A stretch of DNA of 64,000 nt from an uncultured Saprospiraceae bacterium (GTDB lineage: Bacteria; Bacteroidota; Bacteroidia; Chitinophagales; Saprospiraceae), in assembly GCA_964470035.1 (NCBI GenBank), contig CAYYBR010000001.1, positions 8,776-72,775 of the forward strand, read 5' to 3'. Position 1 is the stretch's first letter, and each line of letters opens with the position of its first letter. A program made the translations under genes and the position numbers. Positions 8,811-17,124 of this stretch are shown here, piece by piece. The notes under the pieces are model-generated. The model made no database searches and was not told the DNA's origin. It saw only the letters and a program-made list of their open reading frames with translations.

Positions 8811-9779
8811 TTGTATAAGTACCTACTACTAACTACCTTTTTTATCCTGATCTCTACCGGCTGTAGAGACGAGTTTGTTTTTTCAGTTCCGCCGGAAAGA
8901 GCATTCGAATATAGCCTCCTCTCGGAGCTAGCTCCTCATCAGATTGTGGCTGTTCAACTTCTCGAAAGTGTTCCCATAGGTAGTCAGTTACAGAATATAG
9001 ATAGACGAGACGCTATTGCTACCTTTTCTGGTGATGATGTACCAGGTGGTTCTATAGATATGGCTTTCAATGAAACCAGTGAGAAGTACCATCTTGTTAA
9101 TGAAGACTTTAGAGTTTCAGAAGGAAGTGACTATGAAGTAAAGATTATCGTACCTGACGAAGATATGGATACGATAGTCGCTACTGCTTCGATACCTGTA
9201 TCTGTAGATTTTGCTGTAGATGTACTTTCTATCGAAAGATTCCCAATAGATAATAGATTTTCACATCATGAAGTAGAGTTGAGGATTACCTTTGAGCCAC
9301 CCACCACACTTCCCGCGTACTACAGGATTGTCCCTCAGAGACTAGTCAGTATTGTACGTATCAATAGAGATGGAAACGTTGTTGTTACTGATGGCCCTGA
9401 AACGAGTCCCATGGAGATCACTGAGATTCTCTCTGAGCGCAATGCAGTTAATCGATATATCCACCAGACGGGCATCACCATAGATGAGAGTCGGATGTCA
9501 CGTAATAATATCACACTCAGGTTAAGAACAGTTGAGCCATTAGAAGATGGTGAAGAAGTAAGTAGTATGGAAGGAGTAGAAGCACTTTCTAGATTACATC
9601 TAGAAATTCTGACGGTGAGTCAGGAACTGATAGACTACAATGAGTGGGTGGATAGTAGGCTCGTTAATCCAGGATCAAATCTACCTACTGGTCCAAGAGA
9701 AATTCCAAATATTGACAAAGCTACTGGGGTGTTTGGTGGCTTTAGCAGAACTATAGTAACTCCTCGGGTCCGTATCTAG
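8811..9779 (+). CDS. DUF4249-like lipoprotein, the usual partner of this receptor class
   Basis: 322 aa. Lipobox ILISTGC. Its position immediately after the TonB-dependent receptor is the usual Bacteroidota arrangement. Confidence 0.55.
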   Translation: MYKYLLLTTFFILISTGCRDEFVFSVPPERAFEYSLLSELAPHQIVAVQLLESVPIGSQLQNIDRRDAIATFSGDDVPGGSIDMAFNETSEKYHLVNEDFRVSEGSDYEVKIIVPDEDMDTIVATASIPVSVDFAVDVLSIERFPIDNRFSHHEVELRITFEPPTTLPAYYRIVPQRLVSIVRINRDGNVVVTDGPETSPMEITEILSERNAVNRYIHQTGITIDESRMSRNNITLRLRTVEPLEDGEEVSSMEGVEALSRLHLEILTVSQELIDYNEWVDSRLVNPGSNLPTGPREIPNIDKATGVFGGFSRTIVTPRVRI

Positions 9780-9951
9780 GATCACCATCATCTAGGTCAT
9801 CTAGATTACATTACACATTTAGATAGGATAATTTCTTTGCACTCATAACTTGTTGATAGTCAGGGCTGTATTTTATTGCTTGTCATGTAGTTTTCAACTT
9901 AAGTAGGGGTTGAGCTGTCATTCACTTGTCATATTAGTACAATTGAAAACT

Positions 9952-10659
9952 ATGACATCCCTAAAACCAACCGAGGCTAGTGCGCTGTTAAGACAGTTCA
10001 TTAGGTCAGTTCCTTTTCTAAGGCTAGCGAAGGAAGAAGAATTAGCATATCTCTGTAGACACTCTGAATATCTCGATATGAGAAGGTTCGAAGTGGTGTA
10101 CCACAAAGATGAACCAAGTGATAGTATATTCCATGTTTGTGCAGGTATGATTAAGATCAGCGCTCATCAAAGTATGGGTAAGGAGGTCATAAGAACCATA
10201 TCGCATGCGGGAATGATATTTGGTGAGGGCAGCTTATCTGGAGAAAAGACCAGATCGGCTATGGCTCAATCTCTAGATCGCAAGACTACAGTTATCAAGA
10301 TGGAGTCTGAAGCGATTAGGAAAATAATGGAGCAAAATGCCCAAGTTGCTATGGCTCTGTTTGATTTAGTCGGTATCAGACTACGACGAAACCAGTTAAG
10401 GTTAGAGTCGGTTATCGTAGAAGACGCTCGGACAAGAATACTCAACTTCTTGAAAGAGAATGCAGAAATCTATGGTAACAAAGTAGGTATCAACGAACTC
10501 TTACTAAAGCACAATTATACACAACAAGATATAGCAGACTTCACTGGTACTTCCAGACAGACAGTCACGACTATACTTAATGATCTTAAAAGATCTAACA
10601 TTATCAGTATGAATAGAAGAAGAATACTGATACGAGATGCCTCAGTATTAGGTATCTAA
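9952..10659 (+). CDS. Crp/Fnr family transcriptional regulator
   Basis: cNMP-binding-like N-terminal domain and C-terminal HTH (YTQQDIADFTGTSRQTVTTILNDLK). The ORF opens at TTG 9910, but ATG 9952 is the more plausible start. Confidence 0.8.
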   Translation: MTSLKPTEASALLRQFIRSVPFLRLAKEEELAYLCRHSEYLDMRRFEVVYHKDEPSDSIFHVCAGMIKISAHQSMGKEVIRTISHAGMIFGEGSLSGEKTRSAMAQSLDRKTTVIKMESEAIRKIMEQNAQVAMALFDLVGIRLRRNQLRLESVIVEDARTRILNFLKENAEIYGNKVGINELLLKHNYTQQDIADFTGTSRQTVTTILNDLKRSNIISMNRRRILIRDASVLGI

Positions 10660-10700
10660 CAATTTTGGAGTTTCTAGTTTTTTGAAAGAATTATTATAAA

Positions 10701-10734
10701 GAAGCCCTTCCGTCGTCAAGATGGAAAGGGCTTC
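10701..10734. terminator. Hairpin between convergent genes (probable bidirectional terminator)
   Basis: GAAGCCCTTCC ... GGAAAGGGCTTC forms an 11-12 bp stem with one bulge, between stops at 10659 (+) and 10743 (-). Confidence 0.5.
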
Positions 10735-10742
10735 TCTACTTA

Positions 10743-10988
10743 TTAGTTTTCCTGATTCAAGATTTTCATTGCTAGTTTCAGGATTCTTTCGTCCTCTAGT
10801 TTGACGATACCTCCTGAAGGGCCTGGTTCGCGATGAAGGCCGACTACATCGCCATCGCGATATTTTTGCGCCCCGAAGTAATTCCTAACAGTTTGTTCAT
10901 TTAACTCGAGTTCGCTTGCTATACGAGCGATACTTCCAGTTGGTAGTTTGTGTTTGATGCTGCGGAGTTCCGTGTAGGTAATATTCAT
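10743..10988 (-). CDS. Small HTH DNA-binding protein (81 aa)
   Basis: TGSIARIASELELNEQTVRNYF looks like an HTH. No specific family recognised. Confidence 0.5.
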   Translation of the reverse strand: MNITYTELRSIKHKLPTGSIARIASELELNEQTVRNYFGAQKYRDGDVVGLHREPGPSGGIVKLEDERILKLAMKILNQEN

Positions 10989-11113
10989 ATAAGTTGGATT
11001 TAAATGAGTTACTGTAAGTTACAGATTATATGTGAAATTTAAGAATAAGGCTAATTAAATTTCGACTGTCAATTAGATAGAGTAATTATAGAGAAGAGAG
11101 GAACTTTAGAGGC

Positions 11114-11147
11114 AAAAAAAATGCCCGAATAACTATATATCCGGGCA
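11114..11147 (-). terminator. Orphan intrinsic-terminator-like hairpin on the minus strand
   Basis: Minus strand reads TGCCCG-13 nt loop-CGGGCA followed by T8. No minus-strand CDS lies upstream of it. Confidence 0.4.
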
Positions 11148-11238
11148 CTACTCATTTAATAACCAAAACTCACTTTATACATTCAAAAAATGTGCCAAGT
11201 ATTATGTACCACTATACAAGGAGTCGATGATACTTATA

Positions 11239-11246
11239 TAAGTTTG
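11239..11246 (+). promoter_or_regulatory. -7 promoter box TAAGTTTG, 4 nt before the rluA-family ATG
   Basis: Exact TAnnTTTG match. ATG is at 11251. Confidence 0.4.
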
Positions 11247-11250
11247 TGGG

Positions 11251-11961
11251 ATGATTCTTTATGAGGACAACCATTTGCTCGCTGTATACAAACCAGCGGG
11301 CATCTTGGTACAAGGTGATAAGACTGGAGATCAAACTATACTTGACTACTATAAGGACTACATCAAGACTACATATGATAAGCCTGGTGCCGTATACCTT
11401 CATGCAGCTCATCGACTAGATCGACCAGTAAGTGGCTGTCTTATCTTATGTAAAACATCAAAAGCGCTGTCTAGAGTGACAACTGCTTTTAGAGAAGGGG
11501 AGGTCAAAAAGATGTATCACGCTTTAACTTCTGTGAGAAGTACGCATCCAGAGGGGCTCATCACTCATAACTTGAGGAAAGATTCCACTAAAAACAGATC
11601 TTCTATTGTTAAAAAAGGTGTCAAAGGAGCTAAGGAAGCGAAGTTGACCTTTCAATTGTCTGGGGCTTGGAGAGAAAAATACCTATATCGTATACATCCT
11701 ATGACTGGTCGGAGTCATCAGATCAGAGTGCAGTTATCATCCATCGGAAGTCCTATCATAGGAGATCGAAAGTATGGTGGATTACCTATAGAAGACCCTA
11801 GTTTCATATATCTACACTGCACAGGCATGGGACTTGAGCATCCAGTCAAAAAGCAACCCATCTTTATCTCTATACCGCCGGCCGAAGAACTTTTGTGGGC
11901 TGAAGCCAGAGATTTTATCATGAAAGACCTGCAGAATATGCAATCCGATATAATGCGTTAG
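11251..11961 (+). CDS. RluA family pseudouridine synthase
   Basis: 236 aa. HRLDRPVSG catalytic Asp motif and the HQIRVQL motif. Confidence 0.85.
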   Translation: MILYEDNHLLAVYKPAGILVQGDKTGDQTILDYYKDYIKTTYDKPGAVYLHAAHRLDRPVSGCLILCKTSKALSRVTTAFREGEVKKMYHALTSVRSTHPEGLITHNLRKDSTKNRSSIVKKGVKGAKEAKLTFQLSGAWREKYLYRIHPMTGRSHQIRVQLSSIGSPIIGDRKYGGLPIEDPSFIYLHCTGMGLEHPVKKQPIFISIPPAEELLWAEARDFIMKDLQNMQSDIMR

Positions 11962-11991
11962 CCTATTACTTTGTGTTTTTAGAAGATAGTA

Positions 11992-11999
11992 TACCTTTG
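11992..11999 (+). promoter_or_regulatory. -7 promoter box TACCTTTG for the SRP RNA
   Basis: Exact TAnnTTTG match, a few nt before the 5' arm of the RNA helix. Confidence 0.45.
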
Positions 12000-12000
12000 C

Positions 12001-12100
12001 GGTCGGTGAGGATCGTACAGCCAGCTCCCTTTGAATTCCCCCAGGGTGGAAACGCAGCAAGGGTAGGAGGTTGTAGCGGTTTGGTATGACTCCTCACTTT
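12001..12100 (+). ncRNA. ffs: Signal recognition particle RNA (small/4.5S type)
   Basis: A roughly 100-nt extended hairpin: GTGAGGA at 12006-12012 pairs with TCCTCAC at 12091-12097. The apex CAGGGTGGAAACGCAGCAAGG resembles the SRP domain IV motif (CAGG..GGAA..AGCA..GG). A T-rich tail follows, and no ORF is present. Confidence 0.6.
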
Positions 12101-12183
12101 TCTTTTTTAGATAGCCTAAGAGCATATCATCGAGCATTATCACCTAACCTCCTTAGAGCGTCGTACTGAGTGCGCATCAGTAA

Positions 12184-12197
12184 AACCTGATCAGGTT
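12184..12197. promoter_or_regulatory. Perfect 14-bp palindrome AACCTGATCAGGTT upstream of fsa
   Basis: Read directly. Lies 45 nt upstream of ATG 12243. Confidence 0.25.
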
Positions 12198-12242
12198 ATC
12201 TTATTTGAATACACGTCTATAATCATCTAAAATCATAGAATA

Positions 12243-12899
12243 ATGAAGTTTTTCATAGATACTGCATCTATAGATCAGATCAAAGAAGCCAAAGATCTTG
12301 GTATACTGGATGGTGTCACCACTAATCCATCATTGATGGCTAAAGAAGGCATCACAGGAGATAGTAATATAAAAGATCACTACGCTAAGATCTGTGACGT
12401 AGTTGATGGGGATGTTAGCGCAGAGGTGATCGCTACAGACTTTGAGGGCATCGTGTCAGAGGGTAAAGAGTTAGCTAAAATCGCTCCTAACATCGTTGTT
12501 AAAGTACCTATGATAAAAGATGGGATAAAAGCCATAAGGTGGTTTAGCGATAATGATATCAGGACGAATTGTACGCTAGTTTTTTCTGCAGGTCAAGCTA
12601 TCCTGGCTGCCAAAGCAGGAGCAAGCTATATCTCTCCCTTTATAGGTCGTATCGACGATACTACTTGGGATGGTATACAATTGATCAGAGAGATAGCCGA
12701 GATGTATGCTATACAAGGCTACGAAACTGAGATACTTGCCGCGTCGATCAGGAATTCTAAGCATATCGTTCAGTCAGCTTTGGCAGGTGCGGATATAGTT
12801 ACGTGTCCTCTCAAGGCGATCATAGGATTGTTGAATCATCCGCTCACTGATATTGGACTAGCCAAGTTTTTGGCAGACCATAAAAAATCTCATTCATAG
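12243..12899 (+). CDS. fsa: Fructose-6-phosphate aldolase / short transaldolase (type 3B)
   Basis: 218 aa. [16 protein letters not shown]...GVTTNPSL...VVKVP...TNCTLVFS is the canonical family signature. Confidence 0.9.
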   Translation: MKFFIDTASIDQIKEAKDLGILDGVTTNPSLMAKEGITGDSNIKDHYAKICDVVDGDVSAEVIATDFEGIVSEGKELAKIAPNIVVKVPMIKDGIKAIRWFSDNDIRTNCTLVFSAGQAILAAKAGASYISPFIGRIDDTTWDGIQLIREIAEMYAIQGYETEILAASIRNSKHIVQSALAGADIVTCPLKAIIGLLNHPLTDIGLAKFLADHKKSHS

Positions 12900-12900
12900 G

Positions 12901-13254
12901 ATGAAAAAGGTCTACTATCTATCTACCTGTGATACTTGTAAGAGGATTATGCAGGAGGTAAGTGATCTTGATAGTTGGGAGCAAGTAGACATCAAGAAGA
13001 ATAATATCACTGCCCAGGATCTTGATAAAATCGCATCTCTCAGTGGAGGGTATGAAGCTGTCTTTAGCAAGAGATCAAGAAAGTACCGAGCTCAAAATCT
13101 TCATGAGAGAACTTTAGAAGAAAAGGACTTTAGGCAACTCATCCTCGACGAATACACTTTTCTAAAGCGACCAGTATGGATCGCTGGTGATCAAGTCTTT
13201 GTGGGCAACAGCAAAAAAGTGGTCTCTGACCTGCTAGAGCACTATGGATCATAA
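12901..13254 (+). CDS. ArsC/Spx/YffB family (arsenate-reductase-like) protein
   Basis: 117 aa. N-terminal YYLSTCDTCKR motif and thioredoxin-like fold pattern. Confidence 0.7.
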   Translation: MKKVYYLSTCDTCKRIMQEVSDLDSWEQVDIKKNNITAQDLDKIASLSGGYEAVFSKRSRKYRAQNLHERTLEEKDFRQLILDEYTFLKRPVWIAGDQVFVGNSKKVVSDLLEHYGS

Positions 13255-14173
13255 TGCAGATCGACAAACTATCTTTTCGTGGATGCAGCATCTGCAGGAT
13301 AGTATATGTGAGGGATTAGAAGAGCTGGATGGTGAAGGAAAGTTTATCGAAGACGTGTGGCAAAGAGAGGAAGGTGGAGGAGGTAGATCTCGAGTCATAC
13401 AAGGAAAGCACATAGAGAAGGGAGGCGTTATGTGGTCGGGTATCGAAGGTATGATGCCTGAGAAAATAGCATCTGGACTAGGTATATCTCCAGTAGAATT
13501 TCATGCAACTGGCGTGTCTATAGTTCTTCATCCTAAGAATCCTTGGGTTCCTATCATCCATATGAATGTACGATACTTTGAAACTGCCCAAGGTCTTTGG
13601 TGGTTTGGAGGTGGCATCGATGTGACCCCACACTATATCAATGAAGATGAAGCTCAGGTCTTTCATATGACATTGAAGAGTGCCTGCGATCAACTTGGCC
13701 CTGATATATATGAAGAGTATAAGACTTGGGCTGACAACTACTTCTACATACCTCACAGGCAAGAAACTAGGGGCATAGGAGGTATCTTTTATGATCGACT
13801 CAATGATGAAAAAGGATACAGTAAAAAAGAGTGCTGGTCATTTACGAAAGTGTTAGGGTCCTCTTTTTTGGATTGCTATCGACCGTTATACCTTTCTAAT
13901 TATAACAGGCCTTATCAAGAAGAGCACCAGAACTGGCAGAAGGTAAGGCGTGGACGATATGTAGAGTTTAATTTGGTGTATGATAGAGGGACAAAGTTTG
14001 GACTGCAGACCAATGGTCGTATAGAATCCATCCTCATGTCGATGCCACCACAAGCAGACTGGTTATATAATTTTCAACCGGCGGACGGAAGCCCAGAAAG
14101 TAGGACGCAAGAAAAACTAAAGAAGGGTATCGACTGGATTACGGACAAAGCAGCATCACAGGATCTGTCGTAA
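13244..14173 (+). CDS. hemF: Oxygen-dependent coproporphyrinogen III oxidase
   Basis: 309 aa. GGGGRSRV, HPKNPWVPIIHMNVRYFE, WWFGGGIDVTP and RGIGGIFYD signatures. Confidence 0.9.
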   Translation: MDHNADRQTIFSWMQHLQDSICEGLEELDGEGKFIEDVWQREEGGGGRSRVIQGKHIEKGGVMWSGIEGMMPEKIASGLGISPVEFHATGVSIVLHPKNPWVPIIHMNVRYFETAQGLWWFGGGIDVTPHYINEDEAQVFHMTLKSACDQLGPDIYEEYKTWADNYFYIPHRQETRGIGGIFYDRLNDEKGYSKKECWSFTKVLGSSFLDCYRPLYLSNYNRPYQEEHQNWQKVRRGRYVEFNLVYDRGTKFGLQTNGRIESILMSMPPQADWLYNFQPADGSPESRTQEKLKKGIDWITDKAASQDLS

Positions 14174-14663
14174 CTACATTACTGCGATTACCACGCCCAT
14201 CGACTATGAAGATCTCATAGGGAAATATATTAAAAGTATCCTGACCAGTTGTACAAGGGTCTAATATCTCAAAAAGACAACAAGTAGCCGGGATCGTCAG
14301 ATCGAGCTGACCTCGTTGACCTCCTGAGAGTTCATCTGGAAATGAAGGGAATGATGCTTGATCTTCATCTCCTGTGCGAGTATCTATTGTAACAATATTA
14401 TCAGGTATGTTTCCACTACTCAAGCCTTCTATATCACCATCTATATCCTCAAAGTTCAGTCTGACTACTATGCTATCACTGCCGATACCTTCACCTTGAA
14501 AAAAGGCAGGTTTGTTTAAGGTCACATAAGTTAGGGTTGGGGCATTATTACCATCACCTGTATCAGCTCCACACCCACATAAGACCACTAAGATGACTAT
14601 ACTTGCAGCAGCCCAAGTGGCAATATCATGACTAGCACTTCTGATCGCTCTCATATCTTGCAA
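14139..14663 (-). CDS. Hypothetical lipoprotein
   Basis: 174 aa. Signal peptide with lipobox VVLCGCG. No family recognised. Confidence 0.45.
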   Translation of the reverse strand: MQDMRAIRSASHDIATWAAASIVILVVLCGCGADTGDGNNAPTLTYVTLNKPAFFQGEGIGSDSIVVRLNFEDIDGDIEGLSSGNIPDNIVTIDTRTGDEDQASFPSFPDELSGGQRGQLDLTIPATCCLFEILDPCTTGQDTFNIFPYEIFIVDGRGNRSNVVTTDPVMLLCP

Positions 14664-15623
14664 TATATCTCTGATGAAAGTCTTTCGTTTGAAGACAAGG
14701 CCCTGAAGTTATACAATTATCACATCAGACATAACCCACACTATAGTTCCTTTGTCTCCTACGTAAGGTATAACGAATTTACACCCAAAACTGTTAGAGA
14801 GATCCCCTTTTTTCCGATTCAACTTTTTAAAAGTGTAGATATCAGAGCTGGCAGTTGGAAGCAAGAAGCTACTTTCTTCTCTAGTGGCACAACTGCAGCC
14901 ACGAGGAGTAAGCACCACGTCAGGAGTCTATCGGACTACACTGCTAATACTAGATACATCTGGACGCAGACTTTTTCATCCGTCGAGGAGTATTCTTTTC
15001 TTTCCTTACTTCCTAACTACCATGCAAATCCTTCATCTTCTTTGCTCTGTATGGTAGAGGACTTTATGCTGAGAGGTGCGCTCAAGCGCACGCATTACTA
15101 CCTTGATGACCTAAGTGCGCTACATCAACACCTACATACTCTTGATAGCGCAGGTCATAAGGTGGTACTCTTTGGGGTGAGCTTTGCCCTGCTTGATTAT
15201 ATAGATCAGTACAGTCACACTTTCGTAAATACTCCAATCGTGATAGAAACGGGAGGCATGAAAAAAAATCGACGTGAGATTACTAGAGAAGAATTACATC
15301 ATCAGTTGAAACAAAAGTTTGAAGGAGCCCACATCATCTCAGAATACGGAATGACTGAGTGTATGTCTCAACTATATTGTAAGGATGGAAAGAACTTCGA
15401 GCTCAATGATCGTATGCAAGTTTTCATCACTGATGCTTCAGACCCACTAACTATCCTTCCTCAAGGTGAAAGGGGCAGGATATGTCTCATAGATCTGGCT
15501 AACATAGATACTATGCCATTTATAGCAACTGATGATCTCGGCATCTTACACGATACAGGAGTTGAGATACTTGGTAGACTGGATGCTTCTGACCTGAGGG
15601 GCTGTAATTATCTCATCGGATAA
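14628..15623 (+). CDS. LuxE/PaaK-like acyl-protein synthetase family protein
   Basis: 331 aa. Adenylate-forming-like motifs (FSSGTTA, ETGGMKK, EYGMTE). The true start may be an internal TTG, because the 5' end overlaps the divergent gene. Confidence 0.6.
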   Translation: MTSTSDRSHILQYISDESLSFEDKALKLYNYHIRHNPHYSSFVSYVRYNEFTPKTVREIPFFPIQLFKSVDIRAGSWKQEATFFSSGTTAATRSKHHVRSLSDYTANTRYIWTQTFSSVEEYSFLSLLPNYHANPSSSLLCMVEDFMLRGALKRTHYYLDDLSALHQHLHTLDSAGHKVVLFGVSFALLDYIDQYSHTFVNTPIVIETGGMKKNRREITREELHHQLKQKFEGAHIISEYGMTECMSQLYCKDGKNFELNDRMQVFITDASDPLTILPQGERGRICLIDLANIDTMPFIATDDLGILHDTGVEILGRLDASDLRGCNYLIG

Positions 15624-15643
15624 ATACATAGCAGACGGACAGA

Positions 15644-16165
15644 TTAGCGGAAAAAATCTTGTCTTATTTCATCAAGATCCCAGTGCAAATCAGGGATTAG
15701 TTGAGCTCTCGTCAGTATCCGGTCGGTCCTCTCTTCATAATCGCTATACATCTCTTCTTGAGCGATCAGTTGAGCCGCTAACTTATATACTGATGTGATA
15801 TGGTTGGCCAGGGTCTGAGAGTAAAAGCCATACTTAGCTATGAAGACCATGGCTTGCTCGATATCAAAGAGATACAAGTCTATCAGCTCATGCTTGAAGA
15901 CTGCGGTCTGTTTCATCTTCCGAAGTATGGCATTGATCTTCTGTATGCGAGGACGGCGTGGACGGCGGTACGACTTTGTTGCATACTTAGCAGTTATGTC
16001 AGCCTTAGCTTTGTCGTATAGTCGCTTGCGATCAGTTTCTGACCCTAGCTCCATGGCATAGTGCGTCTTCACTTCCTTGATCTTATCATATAGATCAAAT
16101 AGCTCATGACGTAACTCTTCTATATTGAGTTCAGCTAGGTGTTTTTTGAACTTTGCTTTTGACAC
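15644..16165 (-). CDS. Conserved hypothetical protein (DUF6155-like)
   Basis: 173 aa, helical and charged (KKHLAELNIEELRHELFDLYDKIKEVK). Family call is from memory only. Confidence 0.45.
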   Translation of the reverse strand: MSKAKFKKHLAELNIEELRHELFDLYDKIKEVKTHYAMELGSETDRKRLYDKAKADITAKYATKSYRRPRRPRIQKINAILRKMKQTAVFKHELIDLYLFDIEQAMVFIAKYGFYSQTLANHITSVYKLAAQLIAQEEMYSDYEERTDRILTRAQLIPDLHWDLDEIRQDFFR

Positions 16166-16238
16166 TCCGTGTTATCTCGCTAGAAATACTAAGATAATCA
16201 TGGTAATCTGTAACTTGATGATATAACTAGAAATCCAG

Positions 16239-16664
16239 ATGAAGATCCATACGAATCCTTCGGTTACCGAAAAGTTCAAATCGTACAAACCTGAAATAAG
16301 AAGGTCACTAAAACATCTCAGGAAGTTGATTATCGAAGAAGCCAAAAGTCTAGATCACATCGATAGTATAGAAGAAACACTGAAGTGGGGAGAGCCCAGC
16401 TATCTTGTTAAGAAGGGTAGTACTATCAGAATAGATTGGAAGACAAAGACACCAGATCAGTATGCGATATACTTTAAGTGTACCAGCAAGCTCGTGAGCA
16501 CCTTTCAAAAAGTATATGGTGATACATTCGATTATGAAAAGACTAGAGCACTCATTTTTAATGTAGGGCAAGAAGATATACCAGAAGAAGAACTAAGGGC
16601 GTGTATAAGGACGGCGCTTTCTTATCATCTAGTAAAAGAACTTGATCAACTTGGGATGAAATAA
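16239..16664 (+). CDS. DUF1801 (YdhG-like) domain protein
   Basis: 141 aa. The pattern EETLKWGEPSY...IYFKC is typical of DUF1801. Confidence 0.55.
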   Translation: MKIHTNPSVTEKFKSYKPEIRRSLKHLRKLIIEEAKSLDHIDSIEETLKWGEPSYLVKKGSTIRIDWKTKTPDQYAIYFKCTSKLVSTFQKVYGDTFDYEKTRALIFNVGQEDIPEEELRACIRTALSYHLVKELDQLGMK

Positions 16665-16722
16665 CATCAACGAACTCTTTCTAAGACCATTGAACAGAGC
16701 GTGATGAGTCTGTGACTGATGA

Positions 16723-16944
16723 CTACCTCATCAAGATAGATATCAGGTAGGCTAGCAGAAATCCTGCTATAAGTCCCCCTGGGATATCTGCATTTGTCAT
16801 TTCATATCCGAAGAAAAATTGCGCTATAAGAAGTATCAGAGCTAGTGAAATCCAAACTCCGATAGCTAGCTTAATTATCAGCTCAGTATGAATTGGAAAC
16901 TTCAATCCAAATAGTTCAAAGTACTTTTCTTCTTCTTCCTCCAT
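16723..16944 (-). CDS. Small two-TM membrane protein (start probably at MEEEEEKYF)
   Basis: Two hydrophobic helices. The ORF extends to 17001, but the internal ATG gives a more plausible N-terminus. Confidence 0.35.
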   Translation of the reverse strand: MEEEEEKYFELFGLKFPIHTELIIKLAIGVWISLALILLIAQFFFGYEMTNADIPGGLIAGFLLAYLISILMR

Positions 16945-17112
16945 AATTAGGCATCTCTTATAACAACACTCAATGATAACATTTATGCAGACATCTTCCA
17001 AATGTCTAGTGAGCTAATATATTTACGAAAGTGAATGTAACCGGCTGATTAATAGCGCTTTGTGTATCTAGGAAAAACAACTTCAAAGTCATCAACTCTT
17101 GATGTATAAGTA

Positions 17113-17120
17113 TATATTTG
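17113..17120 (+). promoter_or_regulatory. -7 promoter box TATATTTG, 4 nt before the smc ATG
   Basis: Exact TAnnTTTG match. ATG is at 17125. Confidence 0.4.
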
Positions 17121-17124
17121 CGCG

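Noticed and set aside
12033-12038. GAATTC inside the SRP RNA, and other isolated GAATTC hexamers inside CDSs, as additional copies of the cluster motif
   Set aside because: They lack the CATAT extension and the palindromic flanks. I treated them as chance EcoRI-type hexamers.
15800-16061. Two overlapping 73-aa plus-strand ORFs opposite the 15644-16165 gene
   Set aside because: They lie entirely within, and antisense to, a longer ORF whose translation resembles a conserved family. Neither has a promoter box or plausible start context.
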